From positions 640,001-704,000 of the forward strand of contig OY760686.1 of NCBI GenBank assembly GCA_963663865.1: a DNA stretch of 64,000 nt. The letters are read 5' to 3'. The position numbers and the translations under genes are program-made. Under the pieces are notes generated by a model that worked only from the letters and a program-made list of their open reading frames with translations, was not told the origin of the DNA and did no database searches. The stretch is from Spirochaetota bacterium. GTDB lineage: Bacteria; Spirochaetota; UBA4802; UBA5550. The stretch's first letter is position 1, and each line of letters starts with the position of its first letter. Shown here in pieces: positions 39,796 to 50,061 of the stretch.

Positions 39796-39865
39796 GTAGA
39801 GCCGCCCGTGTACCTGTAGAGCCGCCTGACATCTGTAGAGCCGTCCAAATTGGACGGCTCTACAG
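39796..39865. repeat. Family C (GTAG-type REP) cluster between convergent genes
   Basis: Two GTAGAGCCGCC half copies then palindrome CTGTAGAGCCGTCCAA-A-TTGGACGGCTCTACAG (39833-39865). Confidence 0.88.
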
Positions 39866-39875
39866 CGGGGTCTGT

Positions 39876-41567
39876 TTACATTTTGAAAAAGTCCAGCCTT
39901 GCCTGAAGGTTCTCTGCCATCTTTTCAATTGTGTGAGAGCTGGCGGAAAGTTCTTCGGCGCCGGATGCTATTGTCTGGCTGAGTTCCGCAATATTGCCTA
40001 CGGTCGATACGATTTCGTTGGCGGCGAGCTCCTGTTCCTTCGTTGCGTTTTTTATAAGTTCAGCCTTTTCAACGACGTGTACAGCATCCTCTTCCACCTT
40101 GATTCGTGATTCGTCGAGTCTGCCTACAAAGACTATCTGCTTTTCCATCATGCCGTTAATGTTTTCAATGCCGTCAACAATCTTCCCTATTGACTTTACT
40201 GTCTCTGAAACCTGGGTAAGCCCTCCCGCTATTCCGGAGTTGGTGCGTTTGATTAGACCGTCAATATTCTTGATGCTGTTTGAGGTTTCATCGGCAAGCT
40301 TTGAAATCTCGTCGGCTACAACAGCGAATCCGCGGCCGGAGTCTCCAGCTCGTGCCGCTTCGATTGCGGCGTTCAGCGAGAGCAGATTGATCTGGTCAGA
40401 GATGTCGTTAATTATGGTGGTGATATCCAGCATCTCCGACGAAGCTGAACTGATTTCATTCATTGTGTTTATCATCACATCAAGCCTCTTTTCTCCCGCC
40501 GAGGCTTCGGTGTTGATTTTGGCGGCCAGGTCTTTGGTTTCCTCAATCATCTTCTGAGTGGCCAGGGCATTTTGGGAAAATTCCTCCAGACGTGCAATCA
40601 GGCTGTCAATAAGCTGTTTCTGCAAATCTGTATTGTCAGCAATGTTTTCCATGCCCGCTGTAAGCTCCTCAATCGTAGAGCTGATCTCCTCTGAGCTTGC
40701 CGCCCCTGCTTGAGCGGTAGATGCAAAGTTGTCCGAAGCTGCGGAAAGCTGTTCCGAACTTGAGGAAAGGGAGTGTGAGATATTTGATATTTCCGAAACA
40801 GTCACATTTAGAATGTCTTTCATGTTGTTCAGGTCACGTGACATGCTGCCAAGTTCGTCACGCCTTGATGATGATAGCTCGGTTCTGAGGTCACCCCTGG
40901 ACAGACTGCTAGAAAAAGAGGAAACCTTATTTATAGTGTAAGCTATTTTGTTTCCGAAAATGTATGTTGCAATTGATCCAATGACGATAAGAATTAAAGA
41001 AAGAATAAGAATTCTTACAGCAATTGACTCAAGATTCTTATGGTATTCAGAAGCCATCACACCAGCATAAAGTGCTCCAACAATATTTCCTGTGGAATCA
41101 GTCAACGGTTCATAGCGGGTATAGTAATCATTTCCGAGGAAGGTAACTTCACCGGTAAAAAAAGTCTTTTCTGTGAATATTTTTTCGTAGGCTATTCCGG
41201 TGAGCCTGGTATCGACAGCCCTTTCTCCATTATCCTTTATTACGTTGGTGGATATTCTTACATCGTTATGAAAAATTGTCGCTGTTCCTCCGAAGATTGC
41301 AGAGACAGAATCTACAATGTGGTGATTTGAGCTAATTATATATTCTCCGGCCATCAGCAATCCATCCTTTACTGATACAGAGCCCTTTTCTTGAATAAGT
41401 AATCGCATAAGTTTTATTCTATTCTCAAGGTCTTTTCTGCTACGGAGATCTGCATCATTCATTGTGCTATGGACTGTCAAAAGTGTAATCACTCCGATGG
41501 TAAAAATAATCAAAGTTATACCAAAAAAAACAATTCTGTGGCCGATTTTCCTCTTAATGTTAAACAT
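39876..41567 (-). CDS. Methyl-accepting chemotaxis protein with Cache sensor and HAMP
   Basis: GGTATIF..RISTNV..GERA; DELG HAMP; [28 protein letters not shown]; ATG 41567 with GGAGG. Confidence 0.95.
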   Translation of the reverse strand: MFNIKRKIGHRIVFFGITLIIFTIGVITLLTVHSTMNDADLRSRKDLENRIKLMRLLIQEKGSVSVKDGLLMAGEYIISSNHHIVDSVSAIFGGTATIFHNDVRISTNVIKDNGERAVDTRLTGIAYEKIFTEKTFFTGEVTFLGNDYYTRYEPLTDSTGNIVGALYAGVMASEYHKNLESIAVRILILSLILIVIGSIATYIFGNKIAYTINKVSSFSSSLSRGDLRTELSSSRRDELGSMSRDLNNMKDILNVTVSEISNISHSLSSSSEQLSAASDNFASTAQAGAASSEEISSTIEELTAGMENIADNTDLQKQLIDSLIARLEEFSQNALATQKMIEETKDLAAKINTEASAGEKRLDVMINTMNEISSASSEMLDITTIINDISDQINLLSLNAAIEAARAGDSGRGFAVVADEISKLADETSNSIKNIDGLIKRTNSGIAGGLTQVSETVKSIGKIVDGIENINGMMEKQIVFVGRLDESRIKVEEDAVHVVEKAELIKNATKEQELAANEIVSTVGNIAELSQTIASGAEELSASSHTIEKMAENLQARLDFFKM

Positions 41568-41980
41568 GTAATTGTGCCTCCATGGAAACTTTTGTTTTGA
41601 AATCAGGGTTGATAAATGTAAAATCGAGACAATTCGTTCATATATAGCATTTAAGTAATAGAAAAAACGCTTCATAAGCAGTATGATAGGTATTATAATC
41701 GTTAAATTGAATCTGGACAGAGTTTGTAATATGTATAGAACTGGCAATAAAAAAAGAGAAAGGAGCTAAAAATTGCGTCAATAAGTGTAAGAATATTGCA
41801 TAAAGCATCAATTATGGAGCATATACTTCTTGACAGCTCCTGGAAATATTGTACCGGAATTCAACTTCGGTGATTATAACAGGGTCGTTTTTTCTTGAAT
41901 TGAATCAGCCATCTCACCTGTGGATGGTACGCTGCGATTTTAAGTATATATCATAAAACTACAATTTGGGGGTTGTACCA

Positions 41981-42964
41981 ATGACAGGAAGAGCTCTGGC
42001 TGTATTAATGTTAGTCCTGATTTTGTGCTCCGGCGCATTTGCCGGCTACTTTGGTGAAGGAGATGGAGGCTCCGATCCTGACGGTGGGAGCGGGCCGGAG
42101 CTTCCTGTTCCCGGTGAGGAGTATGAGGCTGGAAACATCGATTTCTACAGCATGTTCCGCTATGAGGACGAGATAAACGGAATATTCGATTACTCATATT
42201 ATTTTGAAAAATCGAAAGGAGGCAGCCTGTTCCTTGCAGAGCCTTCTTTTTATTACTCAGAAAACTGCAAAATGTCGATGAACAGCTTCAGGTGGATCTT
42301 TGCCTCAAGTTTCAAGGTCAGTCTGAGCCTGCCGTACATATTCCGCTCTGTTGAATCAAGCGGCGCGAAGTACAGCACTTCCGGAATAGGAGACAGCCGG
42401 GCGGCCCTTTCCTATTATCTGCCTTTCGGTAATATCAAGACGCTTACCGAAGCAGGATGCCTTCTCCCAACAGGAGACGAATCAGCCAGTGACGGAGGGT
42501 ACTATCTGCCCCTGGGGAATGGCGGCGCAGCGTTCAGCCTCTCTGAGTCACTTGACTACAGAATAACATCTCTCCGATTTTTCGGAAGCCTTGGGCTCAC
42601 ATACCATACATCCTCAGAGATAAATGGCAACGGAGCCGCTCTTGAGCAGGAAAAGGGTATGCTGATGAGGGCCGGAGCCGGTACTGAGTATTCGTTTGCC
42701 GGAGGTTTGAAGCTTTTTGCCAGACTGTCGTATTACGGGCAGCTTGAGGGCAGGGTAAGGGCCGATGGTTCTGACTGGGTTGATGCCGGCGATGATTTCA
42801 CCAGGCTTGAGGCCTCGGGCGGGTTGCGATATTTTCTGCTGAGCGACAGGCTCGAAGCCGACCTTGTTTTTTCAGCGCCTGTCATAAGTGAGCGGGGGGA
42901 CAACGCCTCGTCAGTTCAGGATGACTCGTTCGGACTGAGCTTTAAAGTTCTGCTTTCAATCTAA
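41981..42964 (+). CDS. Outer-membrane beta-barrel (MetA-pathway/transporter-like)
   Basis: Signal peptide; LPY, SGIGD, LPTG, LPLGNG pattern; amphipathic strands. Confidence 0.7.
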   Translation: MTGRALAVLMLVLILCSGAFAGYFGEGDGGSDPDGGSGPELPVPGEEYEAGNIDFYSMFRYEDEINGIFDYSYYFEKSKGGSLFLAEPSFYYSENCKMSMNSFRWIFASSFKVSLSLPYIFRSVESSGAKYSTSGIGDSRAALSYYLPFGNIKTLTEAGCLLPTGDESASDGGYYLPLGNGGAAFSLSESLDYRITSLRFFGSLGLTYHTSSEINGNGAALEQEKGMLMRAGAGTEYSFAGGLKLFARLSYYGQLEGRVRADGSDWVDAGDDFTRLEASGGLRYFLLSDRLEADLVFSAPVISERGDNASSVQDDSFGLSFKVLLSI

Positions 42965-42981
42965 TGCCGGGGAGAAATACT

Positions 42982-44037
42982 ATGAAAAGAATAACAATGT
43001 TGATCTATATCCTTTCCGCAACTGTCCTGATGGCGGCATGTTCAAACAGCGATGGAGATGAAAGGGCCCCGCTGAGGGCTACAAACACTGTACTGGTAGC
43101 CGGTCTGTCGTATATATCGGAGGCAGGCGGTATTAACGCATGCTACTGGAAAAACGGGGTATTGACAGGGCTCTACAATACCGAAGTGTACTCATATTCA
43201 GAAGCGTATCAGGTTACCGCGCTGAATGACAACATATATGTCTCGGGCAACTATTATAGGTCGTCTGACAATATTTACAATGCCTGTTACTGGATTAATG
43301 ACAGACTGGGACGTACAGATCTGGGGCCGGGGCGAGCGAGAGGAATTCATATTGAAGGTGACGATATCTATGTCGCGGGCCACATGACAGAGGGAGTTTC
43401 CACTTTCGATACGGCTTATCCCTGCTACTGGAGAAACGGAGTGCTTGTTCAGCTTGGTACTGTCGATAGTGGCTGGGCTATGGATGTCGATGTAAACGGC
43501 AGCGATGTTTATGTCAGCGGAAGGGAGGTCGTTGATGGAGAAAGGCTCGCGGGTTACTGGCTCAACGGGGTCAAAACAGATCTGACAAGCTCAACAGGCG
43601 CAAGTACAAACGTAAAATGTATAGAATATGAAAATGGCAATCTTCACGCTGCCGGAACCACAGACGAATCAGGCGATTACAGAGCCGTGTACTGGCTTAA
43701 CGATTCGCCCCAGCAGCTCCCAATACCCACTGACTGTATTGACTCATACGCCACTGGAATGTTCGTAAATACAGAGGGTGTTGTGTACGTCAGCGGATAC
43801 TGTTTTACGGGAATACGCAACAGAGCATGCTACTGGCTGAATGGAGCGCTTGTCGAGCTTGAGACTGCGGACGAGTCCGAGGCCAACAGTGTGTATGAAT
43901 TCGAAGGAAGCGTCTATGTGACCGGGAATATATCCCAATCTTTTGAAAACAGATGCTGCATCTGGAAGGATGGGGTCAGAGAGATTATTTCTACCGAAGA
44001 CTCCAACGGCTTTTCCGTGTGGGACCCGTATTTTTAA
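42982..44037 (+). CDS. Lipoprotein with repeated YWxNG units (probable beta-propeller)
   Basis: Lipobox MAAC; about 7 repeats of DxYVxG..ACYWxNG. Confidence 0.78.
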   Translation: MKRITMLIYILSATVLMAACSNSDGDERAPLRATNTVLVAGLSYISEAGGINACYWKNGVLTGLYNTEVYSYSEAYQVTALNDNIYVSGNYYRSSDNIYNACYWINDRLGRTDLGPGRARGIHIEGDDIYVAGHMTEGVSTFDTAYPCYWRNGVLVQLGTVDSGWAMDVDVNGSDVYVSGREVVDGERLAGYWLNGVKTDLTSSTGASTNVKCIEYENGNLHAAGTTDESGDYRAVYWLNDSPQQLPIPTDCIDSYATGMFVNTEGVVYVSGYCFTGIRNRACYWLNGALVELETADESEANSVYEFEGSVYVTGNISQSFENRCCIWKDGVREIISTEDSNGFSVWDPYF

Positions 44038-44951
44038 TAGCTGATGCCGGCCGAGACTGAGAGGCTCCACGCGGAGCCTGAGGTTCCGGCGGAATCGCTG
44101 TACGTCATTGTTTCTTCACCGGTGCTGTTGTTCAGCGAACGAGTATCTCCCCTCACCGTAAACAGCTTCTCGTATCCGCATGACCCCTTTATTGTGAGGG
44201 GGGATATCAACCTGATCTGAAAGTATAACTCTCCGGACAGAAAAGCTCCCCCTCTGAGGGTGTCGTAGTATGTAGTCATGGTGCTGTAGTGGCGGTCGAC
44301 CGCGCTGCAGAAAACATAAGGGCCGTATTCGGCTATTATGCCTGCGTCGCAGAAGCCGTGTAATGTTTTATCCACGCGCAGCCCGAAGAGCGGAATGGTG
44401 AACTCCTGCTCATAGCGGATGAGAGTTCCTTCAATAGGGTAGCTTACTCCTTCCGGAGAGAGCGCGTAGCCGTCAAAGGCCTCGAAGGCCGTGTTCAGGC
44501 GCTTCGAGCCCGCGTAAGGGGCAATAGTGATGCCGTTGAATGACGGTATTTCAAAGCCGGCGAAAAGTCCGAAAGTCATATACCCGGCAATTCTGCATCT
44601 GTGGTAAGATTCACGTGTAACCGTACCATCAGAGAGGCGGTCAATGTCTGATACTGTTCCTGATGTTTTATCATAGCCGGAAGAGATGAAGGCGCTCAGA
44701 AAAAAACCATGCAGAGAAAGCGCTGTCTCCACTTTAACTGCAAAGATGTTCTGTATTGACCAGTTCAGTCTGCTTGAATTGCTGCCGCTGTATACCTCTT
44801 CCATGATATTCCCATTGATTAGCTGTCCGGAAAAAAAGAGCTCAAATCCGGGAGCTGTTTTTTCTTTCCGGGCTGTTCCGGCATAGAGAGCATCAGCCAT
44901 GGCGAAAAAGATCATAACAGTTACTGTTAATCGACGAAGAAAGTAGATCAT
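44034..44951 (-). CDS. Omptin-family outer-membrane protease
   Basis: EEVY..SRLNW, GTVSDID, IRYEQEF.IP, DRHY; C-terminal Tyr. Confidence 0.75.
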   Translation of the reverse strand: MIYFLRRLTVTVMIFFAMADALYAGTARKEKTAPGFELFFSGQLINGNIMEEVYSGSNSSRLNWSIQNIFAVKVETALSLHGFFLSAFISSGYDKTSGTVSDIDRLSDGTVTRESYHRCRIAGYMTFGLFAGFEIPSFNGITIAPYAGSKRLNTAFEAFDGYALSPEGVSYPIEGTLIRYEQEFTIPLFGLRVDKTLHGFCDAGIIAEYGPYVFCSAVDRHYSTMTTYYDTLRGGAFLSGELYFQIRLISPLTIKGSCGYEKLFTVRGDTRSLNNSTGEETMTYSDSAGTSGSAWSLSVSAGISY

Positions 44952-45099
44952 TGTTTTACATGCCGTTAAAAATAGGTGGATTTTTAAAGATTCATACTCT
45001 CATAATATCACTGCCTTTGTCGACTTTTATTCAACGGGACGGTAATATAACAGCTGCATGTAATATAGGGCTCGTTCCTAAAAACTGAGGAGGTTGTTC

Positions 45100-46392
45100 A
45101 TGGGTCTCAAAATAGGGGTTTGTATAAAAAGAGGGTGGACCTGGGCGGTCATTGTCTTTTGTGCTGCTGCTCTGGCCGGCATCTACTACTACATGGAGAG
45201 ACAGAATACGGGAGGTACATGTATAAAGGTGGATGTTTCTGTCAGAAGCATTGATTATCGCGGCGGAAAGGCTTCCGAAAAAATGCTACAGGAGTCGCTG
45301 GCTCTCGGGACAGAGTTTCTGATTAACAATCAGCTTCCTGAAGGAAACTTCAACTATTCGTATAACTGGGTCGATGACAGGATGGACGCGGATGATAATG
45401 AGGTGAGGCAGGCCGGGGCGCTCTGGGGTCTAACGCTTATATATCAATACAGGCCTTCAGAGAAACTTCTCAATCACATAAGAAAGTCACTGAACTTCTT
45501 TAACAAGAACTCACACTCAATCGGCGGAACCAGATTTATAAAGTACGGAGAGTCTGTGACTGGAAGGACCGGGACCGTGGCTCTTGTCGCGCTGGCGCAT
45601 ATCGACTTGCTAAGGTCAAATTCACACGGCCTGTCATCGGTTGAAAAGGAGCTTTATGAAAAGCACATGAACGAATATGTAAACTTCCTGGTCAGAGCGA
45701 GGACAACTGAAGGTCTATGGCATCAGTCCTATGACAGCGCAAGCGGAAATGCTTTCGGGAAGAACTCCTCATATTTTGACGGAGAGGCGCTTCTGGCTAT
45801 GATAAAGGCCGCGCGCTACTTGGGAAGGACAGATCTGAAAGAGATTATAATGAATTCTGCTGATGCCGGCTTCAGGACTAATATTGAATGGGCACTGAAA
45901 GAAGATGAGGATTCACCGATCACAAAGGGATATTATCAATGGAGTTCTATGGCCTTTTATGAAATAGGTGAAACCGGCTGGCAAGGGTCAGAGAAATACA
46001 AATCATGCGTCATAGACCTTGCCTACTGGATGATAAATGTTCACAGGACATTGAGCAGAAATGGGAATACGGCCTATGCCTACGAGGGAATTATACATGC
46101 CTACAGGGCAGCCAGAGATCTGGGCGACACGAGAGCAGAAAAATATTTCAGAGATGTAATTGATGCCGGCCTTCATAAGCTCACAACGTGGCAGGTGGGG
46201 CACTCAGCTGCAAACAGCTATATCAGGAACCATAAAACCAAAAGGCCAATTGCTCGCGGTGGCGTCCAGAACCATCGCAGCAGGCCCGACCTGCGGATAG
46301 ACGTTACTCAGCACCAGATGCACGCCGTGGTCCTGGCGCTTAAGTATATTTATGCAAGACAGTCGGGTGAAGTGAGTGGGGGTGAGTGGTGA
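45100..46392 (+). CDS. Hypothetical protein, probable alpha/alpha-toroid fold
   Basis: RBS GAGGAGG; N-terminal TM; YFDGEALLA, RIDVTQH. Confidence 0.7.
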   Translation: MGLKIGVCIKRGWTWAVIVFCAAALAGIYYYMERQNTGGTCIKVDVSVRSIDYRGGKASEKMLQESLALGTEFLINNQLPEGNFNYSYNWVDDRMDADDNEVRQAGALWGLTLIYQYRPSEKLLNHIRKSLNFFNKNSHSIGGTRFIKYGESVTGRTGTVALVALAHIDLLRSNSHGLSSVEKELYEKHMNEYVNFLVRARTTEGLWHQSYDSASGNAFGKNSSYFDGEALLAMIKAARYLGRTDLKEIIMNSADAGFRTNIEWALKEDEDSPITKGYYQWSSMAFYEIGETGWQGSEKYKSCVIDLAYWMINVHRTLSRNGNTAYAYEGIIHAYRAARDLGDTRAEKYFRDVIDAGLHKLTTWQVGHSAANSYIRNHKTKRPIARGGVQNHRSRPDLRIDVTQHQMHAVVLALKYIYARQSGEVSGGEW

Positions 46393-46408
46393 CAGCAGAA
46401 ATTTCCCG

Positions 46409-46437
46409 AAGCCCCTCCGGTAATGGAGGGGCTTTTT
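46409..46437 (+). terminator. Rho-independent terminator
   Basis: AAGCCCCTCC-GGTAAT-GGAGGGGCTT followed by T run. Confidence 0.8.
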
Positions 46438-46500
46438 GCTCTTTGAAGCAGCCTTCCGATTTATCCTTAAGCAATTCCCGCGGGCAGTACAAAAATATTA

Positions 46501-46529
46501 TTGAACCTTTTGCCTCCGTGCGTTATAAT
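46501..46529 (+). promoter_or_regulatory. Sigma70 promoter of the polysaccharide operon
   Basis: TTGAAC-17 bp-TATAAT upstream of ATG 46582. Confidence 0.7.
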
Positions 46530-46581
46530 ACAGGCCTGTATATCAGTAGAATACTCAACGGTTGAATTCTTCGGAGACATT

Positions 46582-47982
46582 ATGAGAAATGCTGTGCTTT
46601 TTTCCGTACTGATGTTGCTGCCCCTTAACACCTTCGCGGCATCTGCTCTTGAGCTTATGAATGAGGGCAGGATGAAGCTGTACAGGGGTGATATCGCTGA
46701 AGGTATCAGCGTCCTTGAAGAGGCCCGGAGAATCGACGCGGACAACCTCTTTATCAAGTACAATCTCGCGAAGGGATACAGCTGGGACAACAGGTGGGAC
46801 AGGGCTCTCAAGCTGTACGGTGAGATTGTTGCCGCTTCAGGCCCGGCTGAGCAGGTCTACTGGGATGCCCGTTTCGGCATCGCCCAGATTACATCGTGGG
46901 AGAAAAAATATGACGAGGCGCTCCAGATGTATTATGAAATTCTCAGGCTGTATAAGAACGCGCCGAAGGGGTTTAAGCTGGATATCAACCTCGCGATCGG
47001 AGATATCCTTTCCTGGAAAACAGACTATGATGAATCTGTTAGGCATTTTAAGGCGCTTCTCAAAGAGGATCCGGACAACCCTGTTATTCTAAACCGGATT
47101 TCAAAGATATATCTCTGGGGAGGCGAATACTCCAACTCGCGGGAATTTACAGAAAGGGCACTTAAACTGGATCCTGACGATTCTGCATCACTGGAAAGGA
47201 AGAGAGTGCTCGATCAGATTAAGCCTTTTACGGTTATGGCAGGATATGACTACACGTGGTACGATGTTTCAAATTCCGGCGGGAACAATGTTCAGGTACA
47301 AAGAGCCGTGCAGGGCCTGACATGGCAGTATTCTACGCCGCTCAGGTTCTTCGCTTTCGCTGACGAGGTGTTTCAGAACACAAACGATGTTGAACAGGAC
47401 GGAAGCTATTACGATGTAAGCTGTGCTCTGGGGGGTGCTTACAGAGTTAATCCACTGACATATATTTCCGGCAGGGTTGACTATTCCGCGAAGGCGGAGA
47501 TATATCCACGTTTCAGCGGAGAAATGACTCTGACAAGGAAGGTCACATCGAACATTGATCTGATGGGGACGTATAAGTACACCTATGACAGGCTTCATGA
47601 TGCCCAGGAGCTTGACGACAAGCATTATCATCTGTTGTCTCCCGGAATCGTTTTCTATTACACCCGCTTTATCTACAACAGAATTCAGTTTTACGTGGAA
47701 ACCGACACAAGGGATTTGTTTTACTCAGTAATGCTCAACCAGTATCTCGCGATAAATCCTGAGAATATAATTCAGTTCTATCTCTTTTTGAGTCAGGGCA
47801 GGAGCTATCTTGTCTATTCAGATTCGACTGTTTTCAGGGAGACTACAACTTACAGCGCGTCAATAGCATATACTCACTTCTTTAACTCATCGGTCGGAAT
47901 TGAGTTTACTCCGGGAATTACAGCGAGCGTAGGTAACTATTCGAATTATCACGCGGGCATCAACCTCATTCTAAAGTGGTAA
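46582..47982 (+). CDS. TPR + outer-membrane beta-barrel protein (YaiO/PgaA-like exporter)
   Basis: Signal peptide, TPRs with repeated LA...SW motif, beta-strand C-terminal half ending in Trp; upstream of a GT2. Confidence 0.75.
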   Translation: MRNAVLFSVLMLLPLNTFAASALELMNEGRMKLYRGDIAEGISVLEEARRIDADNLFIKYNLAKGYSWDNRWDRALKLYGEIVAASGPAEQVYWDARFGIAQITSWEKKYDEALQMYYEILRLYKNAPKGFKLDINLAIGDILSWKTDYDESVRHFKALLKEDPDNPVILNRISKIYLWGGEYSNSREFTERALKLDPDDSASLERKRVLDQIKPFTVMAGYDYTWYDVSNSGGNNVQVQRAVQGLTWQYSTPLRFFAFADEVFQNTNDVEQDGSYYDVSCALGGAYRVNPLTYISGRVDYSAKAEIYPRFSGEMTLTRKVTSNIDLMGTYKYTYDRLHDAQELDDKHYHLLSPGIVFYYTRFIYNRIQFYVETDTRDLFYSVMLNQYLAINPENIIQFYLFLSQGRSYLVYSDSTVFRETTTYSASIAYTHFFNSSVGIEFTPGITASVGNYSNYHAGINLILKW

Positions 47983-48035
47983 GCCCGCTGAGACAAAATT
48001 GTCTGTTGTCATGAAACCGCTTTGTACGGTAGGAC

Positions 48036-50060
48036 ATGGAGGCGCTGTTGAGTGAGACCGTTGAAATTGCTGAAGGCGTATTCTGGCTTGGATCATCAGC
48101 CCGGGTTAATGGAATAAATAACAATGTTTACCTGATGCTTGACCGGAGCGAAGCCGTTATGATCGGCGCGGGCCCGGTATCGGCATTCAGCAGCATTTCG
48201 GGCGCGCTAAGGGAATTGTGCCCGGTAGAGGAAGTGAGCTTTATTTTGCTTCCAGACTATGATCCCGCTCTTTGCGGAGCGGTCCCACTGTTTGAAAAAG
48301 CCGGCTTCTCGGGTAAAATAGTCAGCCATTTCAATAACGCGCATCAGCTGGCCTCGTACGGGATTGTCTCAGAAATTGTGTTCAGCAATCTTTCGGCCAA
48401 CAGGTTATATCTCAGGTCGGGTCGAGAAATAAGGTTTATCAACACGCCATACGCCAAATCAGCCGGTTCGATTATGGCTTATGACGCTGCCAGCAATATC
48501 CTCTTCTCCGGAGAGCTTTTCAGTTCCTCGGATTGCGGCTGCGGCATTTTTGCTGATGAGGCCTCAGTGGATGAGATGGTGAGGTATCACTCAAGGTTAA
48601 TATCCTCCAACCGAATACTTGAATACTACCTGAGAGAGGCTAACAGGACGGGGGCAAAAATAATCGCGCCAGGTCACGGCCCTGTAATCAGGGACGGCTT
48701 GTCTGCCAGGGCAAAAGCCCTCTCGTCCGCTGATTGCGGGGAGCTCTTTCAGAATCTTGTGATTGAACATGACCTCGCGGGCAGCTATGTTGATGCCCTG
48801 AACGAACTTCTTGGACGAGGTTCCGGGCTTTTAGGCGCAGATGAGGTGTCAGCCGCATTCGCCGAGTCAGACGTTGAATTGGACCATGAAACCGGACTGG
48901 TAAAGTTAATCAAAGGCGACCCCGGGAGCGCATGGGAAAAAGTATTTAAAAGCATGCTCGCAGGTGGTGGTGTAAGGCGTCTCCTGCTGCTGGAAAAGGA
49001 CATCGCGGAGCTTGCAGAGAAATACGGTGTCAGGAAACCGGAAATATATAATTCGTCACTGTATCAGCTCGATGTTGCCTGTGAAAACGTGAGAAAGGAA
49101 AATGAAGCCCTAATTGAAAGCCTGAAGTCAAGCGGGATAAAGGTTGAAAATATTCTCGCCATAGACCCGCTTTCAAGGGTTTACAAAGAGGATGTTTTCA
49201 GAGAGAACCTTCTGACCGACCTGTCAGCCCGGCGCGATTACGGAATAAGCTACTCGTTTTTTATTGTCGAAGCTGACAATCTGCAGAATATCAACCAGGA
49301 GTTTGGACGCGATACGGGCGATGAGATTATCCTGAACATGGCCTATGTCCTGAAAAACTTCAAAAGGCAGCGGCGGGATTATGTTCATCATCTTGTTTTC
49401 CGTCTGAACGGGCCCGGATATGTTTACTATGTGAACGACCTTTCCAGGGAAGAGGCGCTGAATATAGCTGAAGAGGTCCGGGCTGAATTCCGTGATTCGC
49501 TGCTCTTCGTTACAGGCATTACCGTCTCCTGCGGTTTCGTTCACTCGGATGATTTTCCAGACGGCGGCAATCCTGTGGAGCTCTTGCCCGGCATAATTGA
49601 TGTTGCGTCCTCAAGGCTTAAGCTTGCGCTTCACGGCGGGGGCGATTCTGTCTGTTCAGAATCAGATACGGCGGCCATAATCAGAAAAGCAAAAAGCGTG
49701 CTGATTGCCGATCCGGATGAGAACGTCAGGCTCATGATGCAGGTTCACCTGGCAAGGGAGGGCTTTGAGGCCGTCACATGCGTGACGGGAGATGAGGCCT
49801 CCGGCATTGTGGACGCGAGAAGGCCCTCTGTCGTTGTAAGCAGCCTTCATCTTCCAAAGCTTGACGGCTTTGCCCTTCGGAAAAGGCTTCTTGATGATTC
49901 GGTGAACAAGGACATCCCGTTCATTCTGATATCTTCCGTCAAAGACGACGGATCGGTTGTACGTGCGCAGTCTCTTGGAATTTATCACTATTTCAAAAAG
50001 CCCTTCTCTGTAGTTGAGATGGTAGGACTCATCAAAGCGCTCACGAGGAGCGGGACATAG
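48036..50060 (+). CDS. MBL-fold (ODP-like) + degenerate GGDEF + receiver-like domain protein
   Basis: EIAEGVFWLG..FINTPY..LFSG..IAPGHG; IN.EFG..TGDEII..FRLNGP; VLIADPD..LPKLDG..IPFILIS..KKPFS. Confidence 0.8.
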   Translation: MEALLSETVEIAEGVFWLGSSARVNGINNNVYLMLDRSEAVMIGAGPVSAFSSISGALRELCPVEEVSFILLPDYDPALCGAVPLFEKAGFSGKIVSHFNNAHQLASYGIVSEIVFSNLSANRLYLRSGREIRFINTPYAKSAGSIMAYDAASNILFSGELFSSSDCGCGIFADEASVDEMVRYHSRLISSNRILEYYLREANRTGAKIIAPGHGPVIRDGLSARAKALSSADCGELFQNLVIEHDLAGSYVDALNELLGRGSGLLGADEVSAAFAESDVELDHETGLVKLIKGDPGSAWEKVFKSMLAGGGVRRLLLLEKDIAELAEKYGVRKPEIYNSSLYQLDVACENVRKENEALIESLKSSGIKVENILAIDPLSRVYKEDVFRENLLTDLSARRDYGISYSFFIVEADNLQNINQEFGRDTGDEIILNMAYVLKNFKRQRRDYVHHLVFRLNGPGYVYYVNDLSREEALNIAEEVRAEFRDSLLFVTGITVSCGFVHSDDFPDGGNPVELLPGIIDVASSRLKLALHGGGDSVCSESDTAAIIRKAKSVLIADPDENVRLMMQVHLAREGFEAVTCVTGDEASGIVDARRPSVVVSSLHLPKLDGFALRKRLLDDSVNKDIPFILISSVKDDGSVVRAQSLGIYHYFKKPFSVVEMVGLIKALTRSGT

Positions 50061-50061
50061 T

